Positions 8,958-16,472 of a stretch of DNA of 51,114 nt are shown here, in pieces. Made by a program: the position numbers and the translations under genes. This DNA is from an uncultured Phycisphaeraceae bacterium (GTDB lineage: Bacteria > Planctomycetota > Phycisphaerae > Phycisphaerales > UBA1924): NCBI GenBank assembly GCA_964399625.1, contig CAYNSB010000028.1:1-51114 (forward strand), in the 5' to 3' direction. Numbering within the stretch: the first letter of the stretch is position 1; each line of letters begins with the position of its first letter. The notes beneath the pieces are model-generated. The model saw only the letters and a list, made by a program, of their open reading frames with translations. It did no database searches and was not told the DNA's origin.

Positions 8958-9683
8958 ATGCACAGGCGCTGGCGCCAGCCCCTGATCTGCGGCGCGATCG
9001 TGGGGATCGTGTCGTCGGTGATGGTGCCGGTTGCGATCTCGATCCTCAGCACGGCAAACGACCTGCCGACATATGTGCTGATCACGCGCGGCACGCAGCA
9101 CAAAGTCTGGCTGTACGACGATTCGGCCAAGATCACGCACCACAGAGCGGATTTCCATTGGGCCACCAGCCATTACAGCGCTTCCAGCGGCCCACCGAAT
9201 TTCGCGACCCCGCACACGCCTGGAACCGTGCCCGCGTGGATGCCTCGCCCAGACCAAGACAACGACATCCACGCATGCGCCGTTGGATTTCCTATGCGCT
9301 CGTTGTATGGGTGGACGCTCGTTCCGCGCTCGATGGTGCTCGGGTGCCGCACCGGGCTTCCTGATCGACGTCCGCCGCTCTTTGCCAGCGGCTGGATTCA
9401 ACTTGCGAGTTTCGAGAACCAGATTCGCCCGATCAGTGTCGAATTCCCGTATCTCCCCATCTGGTCCGGCCTCATCATCAACGCCCTGACCCATGCCGCG
9501 GCCTGGTCCGCGCTCTTCCTTGGACTCGCCCAGCTCTTCCCCTCCGCGCGTCGCGCCCGGCGCACCCGCCGCGGCCTCTGCCCCGCCTGCGCCTACGACC
9601 TCCGCCGCGAACTTGCCGCCGGCTGCCCCGAGTGCGGGTGGAAAAGATCGCTTTCGCGCGAACCCGAGCCCGCCCAACGCTGA
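8958..9683 (+). CDS. Paralog 2 of the tandem family (same architecture; 3' end about 95 % identical to paralog 1 at the DNA level)
   Basis: MHRRWRQPLICGAIVGIVSSV... N-terminus; shared GFPMRSLYGW, GWIQLA, EFPYLPIWSGLIINALTHAAAWSALFLGLAQLF, RRARRTRRGLCPACAYDLRRELAAGCPECGW. Confidence 0.6.
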   Translation: MHRRWRQPLICGAIVGIVSSVMVPVAISILSTANDLPTYVLITRGTQHKVWLYDDSAKITHHRADFHWATSHYSASSGPPNFATPHTPGTVPAWMPRPDQDNDIHACAVGFPMRSLYGWTLVPRSMVLGCRTGLPDRRPPLFASGWIQLASFENQIRPISVEFPYLPIWSGLIINALTHAAAWSALFLGLAQLFPSARRARRTRRGLCPACAYDLRRELAAGCPECGWKRSLSREPEPAQR

Positions 9684-9688
9684 AGTAG

Positions 9689-10336
9689 GTGCGGATGCCA
9701 AGGCTCCTCCGATGGGTGCTCGCGTCGATCCTGCTCGGAGCGATCACATCATTTGGATTGATGGTCCTTGGCGGCGCCGCAATGAGCCGCGGGCACCTTG
9801 GCTCATTCCGCGTGTTGGCCATCCGCGAGCCAGATGGGCGAGTGGTGATCTGGAGCGGAAATGTTTCGCTCCTCGGCGAAGACCTGCATCGATTCACGCA
9901 GTTCGATCCCAACGACTTCGGCGAGCCAGCACGCTCGCCCTGGTGGGTCTCCCAGATGGAGGGGCTCTCGATGGCTTCCGCGAGGACCTCCACGCGCGTG
10001 CTGATCTCGGGCTGGCCGATGCGTTCCATGATGGAGTACTCTCACGTGGAAATGTGCTCGATCGGAGCTGATACCGAGCACTTTGTTCGATGGTCCAAGG
10101 TGGTCGCCAACCTGGTGATTCACAGCCTCGCATGGAGTTTGCTCCTTCCGGTGCTCTCGGCCATCCACGCCAGATACCACTCGCGCCCCACTCTCCGCAC
10201 CCGCCGCGGCCTCTGCCCCGCCTGCGCCTACGACCTCCGCCACGAACTTGCCGCCGGCTGCCCCGAGTGCGGGTGGGGGCGGGGCGAGAGCACCGGATCG
10301 CCGCTGATGGGGCGCTCGCCCCGACGCCGAGCCTGA
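9689..10336 (+). CDS. Paralog 3 of the tandem family (more divergent N-terminal and central region; same C-terminal TM and zinc-ribbon-like tail)
   Basis: GWPMRSMMEY motif, TM HSLAWSLLLPVLSAI, then RTRRGLCPACAYDLRHELAAGCPECGW. Its stop codon lies inside repeat copy 2. Confidence 0.55.
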   Translation: MRMPRLLRWVLASILLGAITSFGLMVLGGAAMSRGHLGSFRVLAIREPDGRVVIWSGNVSLLGEDLHRFTQFDPNDFGEPARSPWWVSQMEGLSMASARTSTRVLISGWPMRSMMEYSHVEMCSIGADTEHFVRWSKVVANLVIHSLAWSLLLPVLSAIHARYHSRPTLRTRRGLCPACAYDLRHELAAGCPECGWGRGESTGSPLMGRSPRRRA

Positions 10337-10432
10337 GGAGGCTTTGCGCCGAAGGCTCGGGTTGCTCCTTCTTTGCGCGCCACAACGCACCAAAGCCCGA
10401 GCCTTCGCTCGCGGACTCGCTCAGACTCGGCG
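10325..10432. repeat. Structured repeat element, copy 2 (overlaps the stop of paralog 3)
   Basis: CGCCGAGCCTGAG (10325-10337) ... CGAAGGCTCGGGTTG (10350-10364) ... CAAAGCCCGAGCCTTCG (10391-10407) ... CTCAGACTCGGCG (10420-10432). Same nested-IR layout as copy 1. Confidence 0.7.
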
Positions 10433-10501
10433 TCCAGCAACCACCACGCGCCCGCTCGCCCATCACACGCTCGCTCCTCCCGCCCCCGGTACGATCCTGC
10501 G

Positions 10502-11575
10502 ATGTCCGACACGAGCCATGGTGGGCCGGAGGGGATCGCGGAAGGAGCCGTCGGGGCGGATGCTCGCCCCCACGCCCCCGAGGCCGAGGCTTCTCTTTAC
10601 CTGCACCCGCAGACGCTCGCGCGTCTGGGCTCCTTCGAGCTGCGGGCCAAGATGATCGTCGAGGGCGTGATGAGCGGGCAGCACCGCTCGCCGTACCACG
10701 GCTTCTCCGTCGAGTTCGCCCAGCACCGCCCCTACGTCGCGGGCGATGACCTTCGCCGCCTGGACTGGAAGGTCTACGGGCGCTCCGACAAGCTCCACCT
10801 GAAGCAGTACCAGCAGGAGACCTCGCTCGACCTGGTCGTGCTCGTCGATGCGTCGGGGTCGATGCGCTATGGCTCGCGCACGTTCGAGGACGCGTCGGGC
10901 GCGGGGCACACGCTCAGCCCGGACGGTCGCTCCAACTGGTCCAAGTTCGACCACGCGACGGCCGTCGCCGCGGCGCTGGCGTACATCACGCTGCACCAGG
11001 GCGATCGGGCGGGGCTGGTGATCTTCGCCGACGACGTGCGCGGGATGGTCCGCCGGTCGAGCTCGCAGGGCACCTGGCGGCAGATCGTCGGGGCGCTGGC
11101 GGCGCACTACGTGCCCGATCGGCGTCCGGGCGTGCAGGAGATCGGTCGCGCGACGGACTTCGGGCGCGTCATCGATCAGTCCCTCGCCAAGCTCACCAAC
11201 CGCTGCCTGCTCGTGCTCATCTCCGATTTCTTCGGCGACCCCGAGGAGCTTCGCGCGGCGCTGGCGCGCGTGCGCCATCGCGGGCACGACCTGATCGCGT
11301 TCCAGGTGCTCGATCGCGAGGAGCTGGAGTTCGACTTCAAGGACGCCGCGCCCTTCGAGGGCCTCGAGGGCGAGGAGCGTCTGCGCGTCGATCCGCGGGC
11401 GCTTCGCGCGGGCTACCTCGCGGCGATCCGTCGGCACCTGGACAAGGTCGAGCGCGTGTGCCGGGCGTTCAACTTCGATCACCACGTGATCAACACGCAC
11501 GACTGGCTGGGCCCGCCGTTGGCGGCGTTCGTGGCGCGGCGGAACGCGCAGATCAAGCGGAGCAAGCAGGCGTGA
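10502..11575 (+). CDS. DUF58-domain protein (vWA-like, Bat/MoxR-associated)
   Basis: ...SPYHGFSVEFAQHRPYVAGDDLRRLDWKVYGRSDKLHLKQYQQETSLDLVVLVDASGSM... is the DUF58 signature. Start placed at MSDTSHGG (10502). Confidence 0.8.
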   Translation: MSDTSHGGPEGIAEGAVGADARPHAPEAEASLYLHPQTLARLGSFELRAKMIVEGVMSGQHRSPYHGFSVEFAQHRPYVAGDDLRRLDWKVYGRSDKLHLKQYQQETSLDLVVLVDASGSMRYGSRTFEDASGAGHTLSPDGRSNWSKFDHATAVAAALAYITLHQGDRAGLVIFADDVRGMVRRSSSQGTWRQIVGALAAHYVPDRRPGVQEIGRATDFGRVIDQSLAKLTNRCLLVLISDFFGDPEELRAALARVRHRGHDLIAFQVLDREELEFDFKDAAPFEGLEGEERLRVDPRALRAGYLAAIRRHLDKVERVCRAFNFDHHVINTHDWLGPPLAAFVARRNAQIKRSKQA

Positions 11576-11582
11576 GGAGCGC

Positions 11583-13913
11583 ATGACCTTCCTCAACCCC
11601 TTCCTTGCCTTCGCGGGGCTCGCGTGCGTCGGGATTCCGATCCTGATCCACATCCTGATGCGCCGTCGGCGTCGCCCGATCCAGTGGGCCGCGATGCGCT
11701 TCCTGCTCGAGGCGTACCAGCAGCAGCGCAAGCGTCTGCGGTTCGAGCAGTGGCTGCTGCTCGCGTCGCGCTGCCTGCTCGTGGCGCTGATCGCGATCGC
11801 CATCGGGCGCCCCGTGCTGGGCGGGGCGCTGGGGGGCGCGCCCGGCGGGCCGACGACGCTGTACCTGGTGATCGATCATGGTCTTGCGAGCGGGGCGCAG
11901 GATGTGCCGGGCGCACCGAGCGCACTCGCCCGCTCGCGCGAGCGGGCGCTGAAGCTGCTGGCGCAGCTGGACGCGAACGCGGGGGACCGGGTCGCGCTCA
12001 TCTCCGGCGCCGCGCCCGCGCGGGCGCTGGTGCTGCCCGCGACGTCGGACCTCTCGGGCGTGCGCGAGCTGATCGAATCGCTCCGCACCACCGACGGGGC
12101 GAGCGATCTGTCGGGCGCGATCGCGCTGGCCCGCGCCGACGCCGCGAGCGAGGCGAGCGCACCCTCGCAGCGGGCGCTGGCGGTGCTGAGCGACTTCCGC
12201 GTGGGCTCGATCGATCTGGCGGTGGACGCCGGCACGCCCGCGGCCGGGGCGTCCGAGAGCGGCGCGTTCACGCTCCTGGCGGACCCTCCGGGCGAGGCGG
12301 CGATGACGAACGTGTCGATCGCGGGCGTGGAGCCGCTGCGTCCGCTGATCGTGTCGCCGCGCCGGGGCGAGGCGTCCACGCTGGCGCAGACGCCCGTGCG
12401 CGTGGCGCTGCGGCGCTCGGGAGACCTCTCCCAGGCGCAGACGACGATGGTGCGACTCTCGATCTCGCCGCCGGCGGGCGGGGCGGCGGTGCCCGTCGGG
12501 CAGGCGTCGTTCCGCTGGGCGCCCGGGCAGTCGCAGGGCCTGGCGGCGGGGGCGATCGACCTCTCCCGGGGCGGCACGCCCTGGGGCTCGGCGGTGCTCG
12601 CGGCGCAGATCGACGCCGACGCGATCGCGGGCGACAACACCTTCCGGCACACGATCGAGCTGCGCCAGGCGCTGCGCGTGGGGATCATCGCCCCGCGGGG
12701 CACGCCCCGCGCGGGGCTCGACCAGCTCGACGCTGGGGACTGGTTCCGCCTCGCGTTGCAGACCGCCGACGCGGAGATCGAGATCACGGACATCGAGCCC
12801 GCGGCGGTGGACGCCGCACGCCTCTCGCCCCTGGACGCGGTGATCCTCCCGCGCCCGGAGGCTCTCTCGGATGATGCGTGGCGGCGCGTGCGGGCCCTGG
12901 CCGAGGCGGGCGGGCTTGTGCTCGTGTGCCCGCCGGCGGGCGTCACGGTGCACGCCTGGGGCGATGCGATGGCCCGCGCGCTGGGCACGGGGTGGAGCGT
13001 GCCGCGCGAGGTCCGCACGGGCAGCGCGACGATCGCGAGCGCTCGCCAGGTCGATTCGTCGTCGGACCTCTTGGCGCTGCTCGACGCGGAATTGCCCGAC
13101 CTGGCGCGCCCCGTGCGCGTGTCGCGCTCGCTCCCGCCCGAGGGCGTCGCGCCGGCCCAGACGCTGCTGTCGCTCTCGGATGGCGCGGCGCTGATCGCGA
13201 TGGCCCGCCCGGGTCAGAGCGAGACGAGCGCGCCCAAGGAGGGCGGCGCGGCGAAGGAACTCTCGGCGCCCGCCGCGGGGCTGATCGTGTACCTGGGCGT
13301 GGCGCCGTCGTTCGAGTGGACGGACCTGCAGGCGCGCCCGCTGATGGTGCCGCTCGTGCACGAGCTGGTGCGCCAGGGCGTGGGTCGGGCGAGCGGGCGC
13401 TGGGCGGAGATCGCCGGTCGCGTGCCCCGCGTGCCCGCGCGCACCTCGGTGCTGCGCCCGACGGAGGAGGACCAGGGCGTGATCCGCGTGGACGCGAACG
13501 GCACGAGCGAGGCGATCGCGCGGGCGGGCGCGTACCGCGCGCTGGACGATCGCGGGCTGCTGCGGGGCGTGGTGACCATCAACGCCGACGCCGGCGCAGG
13601 ACGCGTGGACGCGCAGCCCCGCGCGGCGGTGGAGCGCTGGCTCGCCTCTCGCGCGGGTTCGGGCGGCGCGGTGTCGTGGCTCGGGCCCGGGGGCGCGCTC
13701 GCGCGACCGACGCCCTCGGCGGACCTGCGCGCGACGCTCGGGCGCGGGCAGGACAACGCGCGGCTCATCCTGATCGCGCTCGTGGGGGCGCTGGCGCTGG
13801 GCGTCGTTGAGCTCGCGATGGCGCGCTGGTTCAGCCACGCGAGCGTGCACACGACCCGGAGCGGGGCGTCGTCCGTTGCCGGCCCATCGCCACGATCGGG
13901 GAGCGGCGCGTGA
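11583..13913 (+). CDS. BatA-like protein with the N-terminal double-transmembrane 'aerotolerance regulator' domain
   Basis: MTFLNPFLAFAGLACVGIPILIHILMRRRRRPIQWAAMRFLLEAYQQQRKRLRFEQWLLLASRCLLVALIAIAIG matches the two-anchor BatA N-terminal domain. 776 aa. Confidence 0.7.
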   Translation: MTFLNPFLAFAGLACVGIPILIHILMRRRRRPIQWAAMRFLLEAYQQQRKRLRFEQWLLLASRCLLVALIAIAIGRPVLGGALGGAPGGPTTLYLVIDHGLASGAQDVPGAPSALARSRERALKLLAQLDANAGDRVALISGAAPARALVLPATSDLSGVRELIESLRTTDGASDLSGAIALARADAASEASAPSQRALAVLSDFRVGSIDLAVDAGTPAAGASESGAFTLLADPPGEAAMTNVSIAGVEPLRPLIVSPRRGEASTLAQTPVRVALRRSGDLSQAQTTMVRLSISPPAGGAAVPVGQASFRWAPGQSQGLAAGAIDLSRGGTPWGSAVLAAQIDADAIAGDNTFRHTIELRQALRVGIIAPRGTPRAGLDQLDAGDWFRLALQTADAEIEITDIEPAAVDAARLSPLDAVILPRPEALSDDAWRRVRALAEAGGLVLVCPPAGVTVHAWGDAMARALGTGWSVPREVRTGSATIASARQVDSSSDLLALLDAELPDLARPVRVSRSLPPEGVAPAQTLLSLSDGAALIAMARPGQSETSAPKEGGAAKELSAPAAGLIVYLGVAPSFEWTDLQARPLMVPLVHELVRQGVGRASGRWAEIAGRVPRVPARTSVLRPTEEDQGVIRVDANGTSEAIARAGAYRALDDRGLLRGVVTINADAGAGRVDAQPRAAVERWLASRAGSGGAVSWLGPGGALARPTPSADLRATLGRGQDNARLILIALVGALALGVVELAMARWFSHASVHTTRSGASSVAGPSPRSGSGA

Positions 13914-16336
13914 ACACCCTGCTCAACAGGCTGCTCGGGCTGTCGGGGATGGGCTTCGGGGATCCGGGCGTCGAGTTCTCGTTCGCGCGACCGATCCCGG
14001 CGTGGGGGTGGCTTGCCGCCCTGGTGCTCGCGGGCGTGCTCGCGGGGTACGGGTACTGGCGTCAGGACGGCCCGCGGGCGGCGCGGCGCGGGCTGGCGCT
14101 CTTGCGGGCCCTGGCGCTGCTGGCGATCCTGCTGCTGATCTCCGGGCCGCAGCTCATCCGCCCCAACGAGCGGATCGAGAAGGACTGGGTCGTGTTCCTC
14201 GTGGATCGGTCCGCGTCGATGACGATCCCCGATGCCCCGAGCGCCACGGGCGCGCGGGTGACGCGGGAGAGCCAGTTGCAGGAGGCGCTGCTGCGGGCCA
14301 GGCCCGAGCTGGCCAAGCTCGCCGCGGAGCGCAACGTGCTCTGGCTCGGGTTCGACGCGGGCGCGTTCGATCTGCACGCGGGCGAGCAGGGCGTGGACCT
14401 GGGCTCCCCGGGCGGTCGGCGCACGAGCCTGGGCGCCGCGCTCGATCAGGCGCTCTCGCGTGTCTCGGCTCGCCCCGTGGCGGGCGTGGTGATCCTGTCG
14501 GACGGGCGCTCGAGCGACGAGGCGAGCAAGCCCGCGCTCAAGCGCCTGCAGAGCGAGCAGATCCCCGTGCTCGCGCTGCCGCTGGGAAGCCCCGAGCCCG
14601 TGGTGGACCTCGCGGTCGCCTCGGCCGAGGCGCCCTCGCTCGCGTTCATCAACGACACGATCCCGGTGCAGGTGAAGATCGATCGCCTGGGCGGCGGGGC
14701 GGAGGCGCCGATCCCCCGCGGGCGCGTGCAACTGGTGGACACCGCGACGGGGCTCGTGCTCGACGATCGCGCCCTGCCCGTGGACGCCGGCGCCTGGAGC
14801 GAGGGGCGCGCCCGCCTGACGCTGACGACCAAGCCCCAGCCGGTGTCGCCCGATCGCCCCGCGCGGGCCGCGGCGCGGACGTGGCAGGTACGCCTGGTCC
14901 CCGAGCAGCCCGACCTGATCCCCGAGAACAACACCGCCTCGCTGACGATCGAGCTGGTGGACCGCCAATTGCGCGTCGCGTTCTTCGACGGGTACCCGCG
15001 CTGGGAGTTCCGGTACGTCAAGAACCTGCTGCTGCGCGAGCGCTCGATCCGCTCGTCGAACCTGCTGCTGGCCGCGAACCGCCAGTACCTGCAGGAGGGC
15101 GACGTGCTGCTGGACACGCTCCCGCGTTCGCCCGAGGACTGGGCGAAGTTCGACGTGGTGATCATGGGCGATCTGCCCGCGTCGCTGTTCGCGCGGGAGC
15201 AGCTCGAGCAATTGCGCGAGCACGTGGCGATCCGCGGCGCGGGGCTCCTGTGGATCGCCGGGCCCAGCGCCACGCCCGGCGCCTGGCGCGACACGCCCCT
15301 GGCGGACCTCATCCCCTTCGCGCTGGGCGCCGGCGATGCGCTCAACCAGGGCGCGGGCGTGAACGTCTGGAACGAGCCCGTGCTGCTCCGACCGACGCCC
15401 GCGGCGCAGCGCCTGAACCTTTTCCAGCTCGCCGACCCGGACCAGCCCTGCGTCCCGGGCGTCGAGGGCTGGCCCGCGGTGCTGGGCGATCCCGGCGTGC
15501 CGTGGGCGCGCCTGCAGTTCGCGCAGCGGATCGATCCCGCGGCGCTCAAGCCCGCGGCGGAGGTCCTCGCCACGCTCGCGCCGGGCGAGGCGACGGGCGA
15601 CGCGACGCCGGGCGTGATCACGATGCGCTACGGCGCGGGGCGCGTCATGTACGTCGCGAGCGACGAGATCTGGCGCTGGCGCTACGCGCGGGGCGAGACG
15701 CTGCCCGAGCGGTTCTGGCTCCCGCTCATCCGCCTGCAGGGGCGCGAGAGCCTGGCCCGCGCGGCGCGCCCCGCGGCGCTGGAGGTCTCCCCCAAGCGTC
15801 CCCAGATCGATCAGCCCGTCTCCATCGCCGTGCGCCTGCAGGACCAGTCGCTCGTCGATGCCGCGCCGGCGCGGCTCTCGGCGCGCGTCCGCCCGCTCGA
15901 CGACACGCGCGGACGCTCGAGCGTGGACCTCACGCTGGCGCCCGAGAGCGCCGCCGGCGCCCGCCCGCTGACGCGCTCGTTCCTCGCGACGTGGACCCCG
16001 TCCGAGCCCGGTCGGTACCGCATAGAGGTCCAGGACCCGTTCCTCGCCCAGTCCTCGCTCGCGGAGGATGTGGAGGTCACGGTTCCCGACGATGAGCTCC
16101 GCCACCCCGAGACGGACCATCCGCTACTCACACGCCTGGTGGCCCAGGGCGGCACGGGGAGCACCACGCTCGCGGGCGACCAGCTCGCGCGGGTCGAGAA
16201 GCTTCCACGGCGGGATGTGCACGTCGCGGGCACGCCCGACACCAAGCCCCTGTGGGACCGCCCCATCGTGCTGGCGCTGCTGCTGGGGCTGCTGACGCTC
16301 GAGTGGGCCGGACGACGCCTGATCAAGCTCTCGTGA
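13910..16336 (+). CDS. vWA-domain membrane protein (BatB-like) with a C-terminal GATase1-like domain
   Basis: N-terminal TMs, VVFLVDRSASM vWA metal-ion-binding start, later DVVIMGDLP block. Start overlaps the upstream stop by 4 nt (13910/13913). Confidence 0.6.
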   Translation: MNTLLNRLLGLSGMGFGDPGVEFSFARPIPAWGWLAALVLAGVLAGYGYWRQDGPRAARRGLALLRALALLAILLLISGPQLIRPNERIEKDWVVFLVDRSASMTIPDAPSATGARVTRESQLQEALLRARPELAKLAAERNVLWLGFDAGAFDLHAGEQGVDLGSPGGRRTSLGAALDQALSRVSARPVAGVVILSDGRSSDEASKPALKRLQSEQIPVLALPLGSPEPVVDLAVASAEAPSLAFINDTIPVQVKIDRLGGGAEAPIPRGRVQLVDTATGLVLDDRALPVDAGAWSEGRARLTLTTKPQPVSPDRPARAAARTWQVRLVPEQPDLIPENNTASLTIELVDRQLRVAFFDGYPRWEFRYVKNLLLRERSIRSSNLLLAANRQYLQEGDVLLDTLPRSPEDWAKFDVVIMGDLPASLFAREQLEQLREHVAIRGAGLLWIAGPSATPGAWRDTPLADLIPFALGAGDALNQGAGVNVWNEPVLLRPTPAAQRLNLFQLADPDQPCVPGVEGWPAVLGDPGVPWARLQFAQRIDPAALKPAAEVLATLAPGEATGDATPGVITMRYGAGRVMYVASDEIWRWRYARGETLPERFWLPLIRLQGRESLARAARPAALEVSPKRPQIDQPVSIAVRLQDQSLVDAAPARLSARVRPLDDTRGRSSVDLTLAPESAAGARPLTRSFLATWTPSEPGRYRIEVQDPFLAQSSLAEDVEVTVPDDELRHPETDHPLLTRLVAQGGTGSTTLAGDQLARVEKLPRRDVHVAGTPDTKPLWDRPIVLALLLGLLTLEWAGRRLIKLS

Positions 16337-16472
16337 TTCGAGTGGGTTTGGGTGCCTTTTGGTGGTTGCGACGACGAACGATCGATTGACACGACGGTTA
16401 CTCTCCTGACCGACCCGACGGGCCCGCGCATCCGTACAGAAGACATCCGAACGAGGAGAAATCCGCCGATAC

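Noticed and set aside
16380-16400. Perfect TTGACA hexamer upstream of the DUF4175-like gene
   Set aside because: No acceptable -10 element at 16-19 nt spacing, so it was not called as a promoter.
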